Below, one piece after another: positions 51,541-61,714 of a stretch of DNA of 64,000 nt (position 1 is the first letter of the stretch; the number at the start of each line of letters is the position of its first letter). Source of the stretch: Candidatus Poribacteria bacterium. GTDB lineage: Bacteria; Poribacteria; WGA-4E; WGA-3G. A model generated the notes under the pieces. The model was not told the origin of the DNA and searched no databases. It was given only the letters and a program-made list of their open reading frames with translations. The stretch lies in NCBI GenBank assembly GCA_964291315.2, contig OZ219752.1:299968-363967 (forward strand), given 5' to 3'. Both the position numbers and the translations under genes were made by a program.

Positions 51541-52683
51541 GTGGCAATACTTTCTCTACAAGGGTTCATTAGGGATGTAAGATATATTCCTTGCTTCAGC
51601 CGGGATACGCTCAGTTTGTACAATATAGAGCAATTTGATGTAAATCAAGCACAGTCTTATGGACTAATTGATTTGGGAACATCTGGTAATAATCTTGCTT
51701 TTTCAAAGTGGGTCTCCCCGAAGCGAACGCGCTCCTATCCGTTCGCACGGATTTATAACACATATCACCTCAATACGAAAAAAGTCACGATTATTCCAAT
51801 TATTAAAGATGAGGGAGCAGGGACACAGAACAATGATCGGATTAACTTCATCACATTTTCATGGATGAATCTCCTGAATATCTACATCGTTTTGGCTTGG
51901 TATGAGGGTGCAGAAAGAAAAGCAGGTACAACTGACCGAATTACTAATCAAGTTCTGAACGTTAAGGGCGTGCGTGAAAAATTGTTTGAGATAAGTCGGT
52001 ATCAGATGAGTGCTCTACATTGGAACACGACCCACTTTGAGAGAGAGTTCGAGTCAATTTATCTGAATGCAGTTGATGGGTATAAGAAAATATCTCAGGT
52101 GGAAAAAGTTGGCATTCACAGTCCAAAAAACCATATTCAGACGCTTGAAAAATTCAAGGCGGACGGTTGTTTCAATTTAGCAGCCTTCAAAGCGGCAAGT
52201 CTCCGAGGCTCATACGAAGCTGCCCATAGAGAATCTGTAACAACACATCTATTAGAATCCCTTCAGGAAAATACCAAGAGTGTTTTCCAAATTTCAAATT
52301 ATCTCGGCGGGCAGTATTATCTAACTGCGGATGAAGTTTATTGGGAAGATGGTCAGCTAGTTATACAAGAGTCCAAAAACAGTAGCAAAGGAAAACTACC
52401 TTCTGAAAATGACATTAAGGACGGTTTATTCAAGTTGATTCTTTTTGCGGGTATGGAAGAAGTGTCGATTGATCAGAGAGCAAATGTCCGATGTATCACT
52501 CGATTGAAGCTAACTGGTGACCTTATTGGTAATCTCCTCTTACCGGGCAAAACCGAGTGTATATTTAGATTCTGTGCACAAAATCGTCTGACTCACATAC
52601 AAGAGAAAAGAATTTTCTTGCTTAACCAGGAAGCAAGTCAAAATCACAGGCTACATATATGGATAACAGGTCGTCATGCGTAA
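51541..52683 (+). CDS. Probable type II restriction endonuclease (PD-(D/E)XK)
   Basis: TAD...IQESK motif; overlaps the downstream Dam-family methyltransferase. Confidence 0.6.
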   Translation: MAILSLQGFIRDVRYIPCFSRDTLSLYNIEQFDVNQAQSYGLIDLGTSGNNLAFSKWVSPKRTRSYPFARIYNTYHLNTKKVTIIPIIKDEGAGTQNNDRINFITFSWMNLLNIYIVLAWYEGAERKAGTTDRITNQVLNVKGVREKLFEISRYQMSALHWNTTHFEREFESIYLNAVDGYKKISQVEKVGIHSPKNHIQTLEKFKADGCFNLAAFKAASLRGSYEAAHRESVTTHLLESLQENTKSVFQISNYLGGQYYLTADEVYWEDGQLVIQESKNSSKGKLPSENDIKDGLFKLILFAGMEEVSIDQRANVRCITRLKLTGDLIGNLLLPGKTECIFRFCAQNRLTHIQEKRIFLLNQEASQNHRLHIWITGRHA

Positions 52684-53509
52684 ATTAGCGAGAAGCCCGC
52701 TGCGATACCCGGGTGGTAAATCCAGAGCTCTAAAACAGATACTGCCGCTTGTTCCAGGGAACATATCGGAATTTCGCGAGCCTTTTGTCGGTGGCGGTTC
52801 TGTCTTTTTTGCAATCCGAAGTCTTTTTCAGCATCGTATTAAAACTTATTGGATTAATGACCTTAACTACGATCTCTACTGTTTCTGGCAACAGGTAAGA
52901 GACAACGCCCCGGATCTCGTCAAAGCACTCATAGAGATTCATACAACGACTACAGACGGCCGCGTCCTGTTTGAGGAGTTAACACAGGCAAAAGATAAGT
53001 TGAACCAGAACCGAGAGATGCTCAGTGGGTTTGAACGCGCGGTGCGCTTTTTTTTGCTCAATCGGATTACCTTTTCCGGGGCTGTGGATTCTGGTGGGTA
53101 TTCACAATCCGCTTACGAAAAGCGTTTCACTCCGTCGTCTATTGAGCGCGTAAAACATATCTACCCCTATCTTTCCGGGGTTAAGATTACAAATTGTGAC
53201 TATACCGATGCTCTTTTCCATGACGGTGAAGGTGTCTTTATTTTTCTCGATCCACCGTATTGGAAAGCAACTGATTCAAAGCTATATGGTGTGAGAGGCG
53301 AACTACATACCGCATTTGACCATGCACGGTTCGCGCAAGATGTGAGGGGGTGTCCTCACAAGTGGCTGATTACTTATGATGACTCGCCTCTTATCAGGGC
53401 TCTCTTCGATTTTGCTGAGATTCAGGAGTGGACGTTGCAATACGGTATGAACAATTATCGGCAGCGGAGTGCAGCAAAAGGGAGAGAGCTGTTTATCAAA
53501 AATTACTAA
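52676..53509 (+). CDS. Dam/D12-class DNA adenine methyltransferase
   Basis: YPGGK, EPFVGGGS, IND and FLDPPY. Confidence 0.92.
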   Translation: MRKLARSPLRYPGGKSRALKQILPLVPGNISEFREPFVGGGSVFFAIRSLFQHRIKTYWINDLNYDLYCFWQQVRDNAPDLVKALIEIHTTTTDGRVLFEELTQAKDKLNQNREMLSGFERAVRFFLLNRITFSGAVDSGGYSQSAYEKRFTPSSIERVKHIYPYLSGVKITNCDYTDALFHDGEGVFIFLDPPYWKATDSKLYGVRGELHTAFDHARFAQDVRGCPHKWLITYDDSPLIRALFDFAEIQEWTLQYGMNNYRQRSAAKGRELFIKNY

Positions 53510-53595
53510 GCGGGCGATTTAGATACACTGCTGATAGACCGCAAGTCGTTTGATAGGGGCTGCATTATTATAAGTTTGCTGCATGCAATTTCCGC

Positions 53596-54576
53596 TTATC
53601 TACGCCCCCGGTCGACTAGCCAAAGGTCGCCGTCGCTGACGGTAGCGAGTTGCTTCAACATCACTGCCCCGGGGAAATTAGGAGCCATTCCGATGCCCAT
53701 AGCGAAGATTCGTCCGTTGCCCCTTGCATGTTCGCCAACCAGCGTGAGGTCTGGACGTTCAATCGTCGTAGGGATGCCGTCACTGAAGAGAACGACAAGG
53801 GTAGGGGTCCTCTTCGCGACCGCTGTCAACGCTGTTAGCATGTCGTGGTCTGTCCCTTTTCTACTGGTTGTTGGCTCAATGTTGGCTATATAGTTTGAGG
53901 CGGTTGCAACTGTCTGCTCGGTTACGGGGACGAAATCATCTTGATAGATCGCTAGTTCCGTACTAAACGTCACGATATTGAAGCTATCATGCGGCTCAAG
54001 GAAGGTGAGCGAATCACGCATAAGGTCTATGATCCGTTTAAGCTTGTGCGGTGGAAGGTTTTGCATGCTCGTAGAGAGATCAAGGCAATATACGATGCGC
54101 TGTGCTCCCTCTTGTGCCTCAATGAACTTCACTAATCTGCTTTTGGCGCGCTTGTTCTTTTTCGGTCGTTTTTTGAAAGGCCGGTCAATCACTTTTCGTT
54201 GTACATGTGGGGCATCATCAAATTCAAAGGTCGTCGCTGTAGGACCAACCGGTTCGCCTAAATTGCTTGTGTCAAAACGTTGGAAAGGGACTGGTTCCGC
54301 AGCGGAGACGACCCCCCGGGTAGCAGCGGGCTGATTGCTTGTTAGGATTTTCAGACGTGGTTGGTTGGTATCACGGGTTGTTTTCTGCGTTATTTGGACG
54401 CGTTTTCGCCGTGGAACACGCCTAACTTTTGTTTTTTCTTCTGTAACAAGTAGTGCATTAATACCGTCGGCGTTTCGCTGTGGGGTTGTACTGAACCAGT
54501 AGAAGAATCCAAGGACCCCGACGCTAAGATGTAATAGAACGGAAACAAGTAGGGCTTTGCCGGATTTCGGTTTCAT
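53596..54576 (-). CDS. Membrane-anchored VWA-domain protein, paralog of the 28191 gene
   Basis: SVLLH TM anchor, CLDLSTSM MIDAS and FSDG. Confidence 0.8.
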   Translation of the reverse strand: MKPKSGKALLVSVLLHLSVGVLGFFYWFSTTPQRNADGINALLVTEEKTKVRRVPRRKRVQITQKTTRDTNQPRLKILTSNQPAATRGVVSAAEPVPFQRFDTSNLGEPVGPTATTFEFDDAPHVQRKVIDRPFKKRPKKNKRAKSRLVKFIEAQEGAQRIVYCLDLSTSMQNLPPHKLKRIIDLMRDSLTFLEPHDSFNIVTFSTELAIYQDDFVPVTEQTVATASNYIANIEPTTSRKGTDHDMLTALTAVAKRTPTLVVLFSDGIPTTIERPDLTLVGEHARGNGRIFAMGIGMAPNFPGAVMLKQLATVSDGDLWLVDRGRR

Positions 54577-54795
54577 ACTGTAATAACTCTCCGATTAGGA
54601 AATCTAAAGTGCTTAACAATCAGCCGAACCTGAATGCTCATATCCGCGTTCTGCAAACAAGTCAGCGAATTCTAGGACGGTTGACGGAAACTCACTCTAA
54701 GCTTATTTTCGATCTTTTGTAGTGTTTCATAACTGATCAATCATATCCTTTTCGTGAAAAAACGGGAACCAGTCTTCTGCGAATATCCGTTTCTT

Positions 54796-55062
54796 TCATC
54801 CTTTACCTGTTAAAATTTGAGGTCGGCACATTGAAGGGATATAACACATTGCGTGATCGGATACTTCAGTCGGTTGGCAATTGTAGTAAACATGCCCGCT
54901 TGGGCACATCTGACGATGTGCTTCTTTGACATTTAACTTACGGCATGCCGTGCATTTATTTAGGAAACTGTGGAGATAAACGGCTGCAACGATGAAAAAA
55001 AATGCTGTGACAATTACAATGACCTTTTCGTATCTCTCAAGAAACATTTTAACATTTTCCAT
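54796..55062 (-). CDS. Small membrane protein with one Cys/His unit of the type repeated in the 6206 gene
   Basis: TM helix, CxxC, then HRQMCPSGHVYYNCQPTEVSDH. Confidence 0.65.
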   Translation of the reverse strand: MENVKMFLERYEKVIVIVTAFFFIVAAVYLHSFLNKCTACRKLNVKEAHRQMCPSGHVYYNCQPTEVSDHAMCYIPSMCRPQILTGKG

Positions 55063-55192
55063 AAAGGTGCAATTGCTCCTCGGGCAGTATTATAGGTTTA
55101 CGTTGTCACAGAGTCTGCAAGACTTTTACTCATCTTCAGTTAGTTTTGGTAACACTAGCAGGAATTTTGCTAAACTAACTTTTCATAAAGGA

Positions 55193-55370
55193 TAGCGTGA
55201 GCTTGAATAATTATTGGGTTCATCTTTGGATAAAAATGTTCCTTGCACAGCCTAACAGGAAACCACGCTACAGATGCGAAGACTCACAGCCTATACTACA
55301 AGAGCTATTGCACAATCTAACAGGTTATCGGAGAAAAGAACCGAATCAATCTTTTTTCAGACTCACGTTA
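55193..55370. mobile_element. MITE of about 180 bp with imperfect terminal inverted repeats and TA at both ends
   Basis: Left TAGCGTGAGCTTGAATAA versus reverse-complemented right TAACGTGAGTCTGAAAAA; internal REP-like units. Confidence 0.6.
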
Positions 55371-55497
55371 AAGGATACGCATCCGCCGATTCGGGCAAAT
55401 CGGTCGATGCAGCTAAATTTGCTCATTGTGCATAGAATGTAACACATCTAACTTGAGATCGAGGCGTTGTTCTGCTAAGTTCATACAAATTTACAAC

Positions 55498-58400
55498 CTA
55501 CCGCATTGACATCTGTTGCTGTGTCTCTAACTTCCGGCGGAGGACTACCCCCCACTGTCCAACAACCCATAGTGCTTTACCGTCTTTGGATTGGGTGATA
55601 ACGTAGAGGTTATTATCAATATCGGTGTGCTCTTGTTTCCATGTTTCACCGCTATCCGTTGATCGGATAATTATCCCGTCTTCGCCGACTGCGTAAATTT
55701 CCTTTTCAGAAAGCGCGATGATACCGTGAAGCGTTTTGTTAGTTCCAGTGGATTTAGGTTTCCAATTGAATCCGCCATCAGTTGTCTTTAGTACAATACC
55801 GGCTTCGCCAGCTGCCCATCCTGTGCGTTTAGCAATAAATGAGACAGCGTTGAGGTCATAATTAACATTTGTCTCATGCATTCGCCAATACTCGCCGCGG
55901 TTGATAGTGCGCTGTGTCACCCCTCCTTGTCCGACTGCCCAACCGAGGGGTGCGAATTTCATATCCACGTCCATGAGCGTGTCGTTTGCGGTGGTGCGTT
56001 GAGGTGTCCATGTAGGCCCCCCGTCTCTGTTATGGATGATGTATCCGAGTCTACCGACGGCCCAGCCTTCAGACAACTTACCGAAATCAACATCGTTTAG
56101 CGAGAATGTCCCCGGTGGATCACCTTCCATGAATGGGGGTTGTTCGGGAGTGTCGCCTGCTGTCCAGACTGTGCCATCTGTGGTATAGAGGACAGTTCCG
56201 TCACGTTGCATTGTCCAACCCCATTTCGGTTCGAGGCTAGCGAAGTGTATACCGATAAGACGTTGACGCGTTGAGCTGGGGAGCGCCTCCCAGGTTTGGC
56301 CCCCGTCTTGAGTTTCGAATAAAACACCGCTATCGCCTGCTATCCAGCCGTTTTGGTCGTCATAGAAGAGTACCTCTCGGAAGTCATTGCGTTCCGATTG
56401 GCCAAGTTGACGTTCCCAAGTCTGTCCACCGTCTGTAGTGCGGTAAATGCTACCTCCACTGCCAACTGCCCATGCGCGCTCTGGATCGAGAAAGTGCACA
56501 TTAGCGACTCGGTGCCTCTGGCCCCTCCTTCTTTGTCCTTCAGGTTCCGGCAGTGGGGGCTGCTGTGTTGATTGAGGCGCTGGTATGGTGCGTTCTGCAT
56601 TAGGTGGAAGTTCGCCCTCAGGGGCGAACCGTCCCGGACGTTGCCACTGCGTCCGGAGTCGATTTTGAATTTCCTCCGGAGTCTCATCGTATGTTAGCGT
56701 CGGTTCCTCTGCAACCTCTTCTTCGGATTCTGATTCAAATTCCTCCGGTAACAAGGGATTGAATTCTCCGGTGTCGAACATATTGTTGTGTGCCTCATCT
56801 CCCGTATCGACAAGGATAGTCTCCCATGTCAATCCCTGGTCCTCGGTAACATAAGCGCCGCCGCCGCCGAGTGCCCATGCGTGTGTGTGAGAGCGGAAGG
56901 TAATACGGCGCAAACGGCTTGTACTTTGGGCGGTGGTTTGCAGTTTCCAAGTTTCGCCGCCATCTTCAGTCAACAAAGAGTTGCCATTGCTGAGAACCAC
57001 CCAGCCGCGGTTTTGATTGGCAAAGTGGACAGCGATGCCGGGTTGGTTCGTCTTTGCCTGAATTTTCCAATAATCGCCGCCGTTAACAGTATAGAGAACG
57101 AACCCGCCATCTCGACGTTGCGGAGTGACTGCCCACCCAACGTGACTATTGATGAAATGAATATCAGTAATGTCCGCGGTAGTGGTTCCGGTTTTTTGAA
57201 TTTTCCAGGTTTTTCCGCCATCGGTTGTATGCAAAATTTGCCCGATCGCGGCACCAAGCCAACCTTCTTCAGTATTCAGGAAGTGCATCATGCTAGCATG
57301 CGGGAGGTTCTGCTTGACTGCCTGTAGAATCGGCTGCCACGTTTCGCCGCCATCTTCGGTCTGAATTAAGATCCCATCACCAAGTATGCGTCCATGTGTC
57401 TCATCGACAAATTCTACTTCTTGCAGATTTACACTGACCCCACTATGTTGCGGGCCCCAGGTTTTTCCGCCATCGGTTGTACGGGCAATTGCGCCGTCTG
57501 AACCGACTGCCCATCCGTTTTGTGCATCTGTAAAGTGAACATCCGCAAAGTCAGTTCTCCAAGTTGCCTGTCGGAGAATATCCCAATGGTAGACGATAGG
57601 TTCAAAATCGGTGTCTTCTGCAGGGGATACAATAACTTCCGTCTCTTCGGCGACCGGCGGCAATTTGGTAGGTAATTCTGTTTTCTCGAGGGAGTAACGC
57701 ATCGCTGTTCCACCCTTGCCCACTGCCACGACCCCGTCAGGCGATAAAGCTAATCCGTAAAGATCATTATCGGTGCCGCTTTTTTGGATTTCCCACCTTG
57801 CCCCACCATTGATGGTAGTGAGCATCACACCGTTATCGCCGACGATTAATCCGTGCTGCGTGTCGGCAAAATAGAGTTTATTTAGGTTTTCTTGTGTCCT
57901 GCTGCGTTGGAAACTCCATTTTTTGCCCCCGTTTTTCGTATGTAGAATTTCTCCGAATTGTCCAATGATCCATCCAGTATTTTCATCTGTGAAGTAAACA
58001 GCATAGAGTTCGTTGAAGGTGCCAGTCGTCTGCTGCGTCCAGCTCAAACCGCCGTCTTCGGTTGCGAGACAGACCCCTGGCCATCCGATAGCCCAGCCCT
58101 TTTTGTCATCAAGGAAAAACACCCCTTTTAGCATGAGAGAGAGAAAATCTCCAACTGCGGTTTGTGGAAGCCATGTTTGTCCGCCATCGATTGTATGTAA
58201 GATTGTCCCCATGTCTCCGACAATCCATCCAACTTGTGGGCTAATGAAGTGGACAGATCGGAGAGTAAAAGCTGAAGTGCTCCGTTGACGTTCCCAATTA
58301 AGTCCGCCATCGTTAGTATGTATAACAAGTCCTCGTTCGCCGACTGCCCAACCGTGTTTGTCAGTCGCGAAATAGATATTCCAAATACCGTCCCAGATAT

Positions 58401-59571
58401 CTGTCTCAATTTCGTTCCAGGTTTCGCCTCCATCTTCGCTCACTGCCATAGTCCCTCGTCTACCGACTGCGATGGCTCGGTTTGCATTAGTAAATTGGAC
58501 ATTCTGCAGATCGTTGGCAGTTGTCCCGCTAGTCATTTTCCAGGTGGTGCCGGCATCCGTTGTGTGCAAAATTGTCCCGTACCATCCAACTGCCCACGCC
58601 TCTGTCTGCGTTGTAAACTGGATACTCGTCAGGTTGTTCTCAGTGCCGCTTTCCACCAACTGCCAATTATCCCCTCCATCTTCAGTACGGGTGATAAAAC
58701 CCACATCTGCTACGGCGATTCCGGAGTTTATATCTGTGAAGTGAATGCTGTTAATGGTATCTCGGACGTGCCCGTTAATAAGCGGGATGCGGCTATCTTG
58801 GCGCTCCCAGTTTATGCCGCCTGTAGTTGTATGAAAGATGGATCCGTCGCTGCCAACAATCCAACCTTCGTTATCATTAACGAAGAAGACTTGTTTGTTG
58901 TCATTAATCATCCGATCGCGTTCACCTTTAAAGCGATTGCTCTGTTCTTGCCATGTCTCGCCGCCTGTTTTAGTATGGAAAATCCTATCATGTGTGCCGA
59001 CGGCCCATCCCCTGGAATCATCAACGAACCAGATGCCGTTGAGCATAAACTCGCTGACGTACTCGTAACGTTTCCATTCTTTCCCGCCGTTCTTTGTATA
59101 AAGAACATCGGAATCCTCTCCAACAATCCAGCCTTCGTTTGAATTGGCGAAAAAGACATCAAGCAGCATCGCGGAGGTGCCGCTCCGCTGCAGGATCCAA
59201 TGTCTACCGCCGTCGTCAGTTGCTGCAATTAACCCTTCATCGCCAACTGCCCATCCATAGTTCGCGTTTGTAAAATAGACTGCTTTGAAGTCCAAAGAAG
59301 CATCTGGCATGCGATATCCAGGTCTTGTTGTATCAATTTCCTGTTGCCGCCACGTCTTACCACCATCTGCAGTATGGACAATTACCCCTTGTTCTCCGAC
59401 AATCCAACCCAGCTTGTGATTGATGAAGTGCAAGTCTGTGAAGTGTGTCTCCCAATCTGCTTTTCGGGTCACTTCCATCTTTACACAACCGTTGAAAACG
59501 ATCAAGATTCCAAACAGAAATGCTATGATAGGAAAATTCAGATTACGTCCTAAAGTCATTTTTGTCTCCAT
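55498..59571 (-). CDS. YCF48/BNR-repeat multi-beta-propeller lipoprotein
   Basis: More than 25 F...GW.VG..G.I..T.DGG.TW repeats, FNGC lipobox-like motif, and acidic and Pro-rich linkers. Confidence 0.9.
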   Translation of the reverse strand: METKMTLGRNLNFPIIAFLFGILIVFNGCVKMEVTRKADWETHFTDLHFINHKLGWIVGEQGVIVHTADGGKTWRQQEIDTTRPGYRMPDASLDFKAVYFTNANYGWAVGDEGLIAATDDGGRHWILQRSGTSAMLLDVFFANSNEGWIVGEDSDVLYTKNGGKEWKRYEYVSEFMLNGIWFVDDSRGWAVGTHDRIFHTKTGGETWQEQSNRFKGERDRMINDNKQVFFVNDNEGWIVGSDGSIFHTTTGGINWERQDSRIPLINGHVRDTINSIHFTDINSGIAVADVGFITRTEDGGDNWQLVESGTENNLTSIQFTTQTEAWAVGWYGTILHTTDAGTTWKMTSGTTANDLQNVQFTNANRAIAVGRRGTMAVSEDGGETWNEIETDIWDGIWNIYFATDKHGWAVGERGLVIHTNDGGLNWERQRSTSAFTLRSVHFISPQVGWIVGDMGTILHTIDGGQTWLPQTAVGDFLSLMLKGVFFLDDKKGWAIGWPGVCLATEDGGLSWTQQTTGTFNELYAVYFTDENTGWIIGQFGEILHTKNGGKKWSFQRSRTQENLNKLYFADTQHGLIVGDNGVMLTTINGGARWEIQKSGTDNDLYGLALSPDGVVAVGKGGTAMRYSLEKTELPTKLPPVAEETEVIVSPAEDTDFEPIVYHWDILRQATWRTDFADVHFTDAQNGWAVGSDGAIARTTDGGKTWGPQHSGVSVNLQEVEFVDETHGRILGDGILIQTEDGGETWQPILQAVKQNLPHASMMHFLNTEEGWLGAAIGQILHTTDGGKTWKIQKTGTTTADITDIHFINSHVGWAVTPQRRDGGFVLYTVNGGDYWKIQAKTNQPGIAVHFANQNRGWVVLSNGNSLLTEDGGETWKLQTTAQSTSRLRRITFRSHTHAWALGGGGAYVTEDQGLTWETILVDTGDEAHNNMFDTGEFNPLLPEEFESESEEEVAEEPTLTYDETPEEIQNRLRTQWQRPGRFAPEGELPPNAERTIPAPQSTQQPPLPEPEGQRRRGQRHRVANVHFLDPERAWAVGSGGSIYRTTDGGQTWERQLGQSERNDFREVLFYDDQNGWIAGDSGVLFETQDGGQTWEALPSSTRQRLIGIHFASLEPKWGWTMQRDGTVLYTTDGTVWTAGDTPEQPPFMEGDPPGTFSLNDVDFGKLSEGWAVGRLGYIIHNRDGGPTWTPQRTTANDTLMDVDMKFAPLGWAVGQGGVTQRTINRGEYWRMHETNVNYDLNAVSFIAKRTGWAAGEAGIVLKTTDGGFNWKPKSTGTNKTLHGIIALSEKEIYAVGEDGIIIRSTDSGETWKQEHTDIDNNLYVITQSKDGKALWVVGQWGVVLRRKLETQQQMSMR

Positions 59572-59727
59572 TTTTTTCTCTTGTTGCAACCGAGTAGGTG
59601 ATCATATCTTTTTGTTATGATACAAAACAAATTCCTTACTTTCCGAAGATAACACCACTTAACAAAATCAGACTTAGATATGATTCTAGACAGACACCTC
59701 CAGTTGTTTGTTGGCTCTTTAAAATAA

Positions 59728-60630
59728 TCAATAACCGTTGTTTCCGAAGAAACCGGAGTGGATAATCGCAGTACCGATTGCAATGAGGACAGAAATTGCC
59801 ATAGTTACTATCTGGACAATTGCGGATCGCCGAGCGCCGAGTCGTTGAACTGCAGCTATTCGCCCAACTTGGGCTAGGAGCGGTGAAAATGCCAATAAAA
59901 AAGCGCTCACTGCTGGCACTTCTGCAAAAAAGTAGCCGTTCATCCAGATACCAACAAGTAGAAGTGCTAGAACGGGCGAGGCGCTCCGTGGAAAAACGAA
60001 CGGATTCCTGTCTCGCTGTAGGGCAAGAGTGATAATCCAACTTACTGCGAAAAGCGCTACTAAAATGCCACCGTGCTGTGCCAGTCGTAGACTTCCTGAA
60101 AGTGCCAGAATTAAGGCAGTGCCCCCACAAAGTCCAAAGTAGACAAAAGGGCCGGATGCTCCAGACGGTAGTGCGTTAAAGCTCTGTTCTACAAGATGCC
60201 AAAAAATAAAGATAGCGACAGCGAGGCATATCCACCAGATAATCCGTTCGATGGGTCCCCATGTATAACTAAATATTGAAGTTAGGAGAAAGCGCGGTAT
60301 AACAATAGAAATTGCTATCTGTGCTATCGGTCCCCATACCGGGAGATGCCAAAACATCGCAAGAATCAATCCACTAATAGCAAGATAGAGGAGCCAATGT
60401 GTTCCTAACTTGGGTGGAAATGTTGGCACGCCTTCCAGACCGAGATAACCAACTATATAGCCAGCGCCCAATGCGCTGGCTATAAGCCAGCCTACAAGTC
60501 CATTTTGCTCTTTTTCGTATCGAGATGTCGCATATGCTTTAGGAGAAAGAGTACGTGCGAATGTAAAAGTCACACCGCCCACGACAGCTGGTAGGAGTAA
60601 CCCAAAGAAAAGTTGTTTACTTAGCACCAT
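59728..60630 (-). CDS. Polytopic membrane protein of unknown function
   Basis: About 9-10 hydrophobic helices; GGAG RBS. Confidence 0.7.
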   Translation of the reverse strand: MVLSKQLFFGLLLPAVVGGVTFTFARTLSPKAYATSRYEKEQNGLVGWLIASALGAGYIVGYLGLEGVPTFPPKLGTHWLLYLAISGLILAMFWHLPVWGPIAQIAISIVIPRFLLTSIFSYTWGPIERIIWWICLAVAIFIFWHLVEQSFNALPSGASGPFVYFGLCGGTALILALSGSLRLAQHGGILVALFAVSWIITLALQRDRNPFVFPRSASPVLALLLVGIWMNGYFFAEVPAVSAFLLAFSPLLAQVGRIAAVQRLGARRSAIVQIVTMAISVLIAIGTAIIHSGFFGNNGY

Positions 60631-60870
60631 CGCTCATCTCCTTAATCGCCTTAATTGTCTTACGCCTATTTTCCAGGCAGAGGCGCTTAGATGAAGTTAA
60701 AAGAGCGTTATGTGATTCTGTGAGGGTCCGTTGGCAACTCTGACGCGACCATAGTCTTGTCCAATCTTAAGATCATGTAAATCTCAATTCAGACAATTAG
60801 GATCGTATATTCCGCAGATTCTTGTTAAACTTCATCAAAGCGCACAAACAGCAGACGAGGGCGTATGTAT

Positions 60871-61482
60871 CTATTTCTGCTTCGCTTCGATAGTGACCGT
60901 AAGACGGATATCGTCGCTAACAGCTCCTACACCGTAAGTCATACCGAATTCGCTCCGCTTGATTGTAAAAATACTTTCAAAACCGATTAGAGATTCGCCC
61001 TTTTCCTCGCCTCTGCCCGTAACTGCAACATCTACGGTGATGGATTTTTTAACGCCGAGTAGTTCAAGATCACCAGTGACCTCTAGCATGTCTTTTTTCT
61101 TTTCCTTCAGGCTCACCGCTGTACTTTTGAAGGTAATGACGGGGAACTGCTTTGCACTAAAAAAGTCGGGGCTTCTGAGGTGCTGATCGCGTTTGTTGTT
61201 CGCAGTATCGATACTCGCTGTTTTTACCTCAAATTCCACTGAGCTTTTGGACATATCTGTTTCATCTAACGTGATTTCGCCGGTGAACTCATTGAATCTG
61301 CCATAGTTGTAACTGATATCTTTGTGTTTGGCCCGGAAGAGTATCATTGAGTGTGCGGTGTCTATTTCATACCTATCCGCTGCATATGCAAGTTGTACAC
61401 TTCCGGAAAGAATAATGAGTAGTGATAACATGAAACCGCCGATACCGGATATCGGTCGGGGGTGCCTTAAGTCTATTTTCAT
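60871..61482 (-). CDS. yceI: YceI family lipid/polyisoprenoid-binding protein
   Basis: IDTAHS, GRF, SIDT...RDQHLRSPDFF, FP.ITF and RSEFGM. Confidence 0.92.
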   Translation of the reverse strand: MKIDLRHPRPISGIGGFMLSLLIILSGSVQLAYAADRYEIDTAHSMILFRAKHKDISYNYGRFNEFTGEITLDETDMSKSSVEFEVKTASIDTANNKRDQHLRSPDFFSAKQFPVITFKSTAVSLKEKKKDMLEVTGDLELLGVKKSITVDVAVTGRGEEKGESLIGFESIFTIKRSEFGMTYGVGAVSDDIRLTVTIEAKQK

Positions 61483-61714
61483 GTGAAAAAGCTCCTTGAT
61501 TGTTTTAATTCGCTTAATGTATTGCCTTCATTAGGCAAAAAAGTATATCGTATTTTAGGACATAAGTCAACAAGAAATGTTCGGGACAAAATTTTTATTG
61601 AGTTGTATTCTAATAGTGTGGTATAATTTTTCTTTAATGTTGTATGTGAGTTTCAAGACTTGAGTGCAGTGCTTTGGACGCGAGCTGTAACCGGTGGGAG
61701 GGTTTTCAAGAGAA

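Noticed and set aside
55197-55442. 81-aa ORF
   Set aside because: It coincides with the MITE sequence and is likely spurious.
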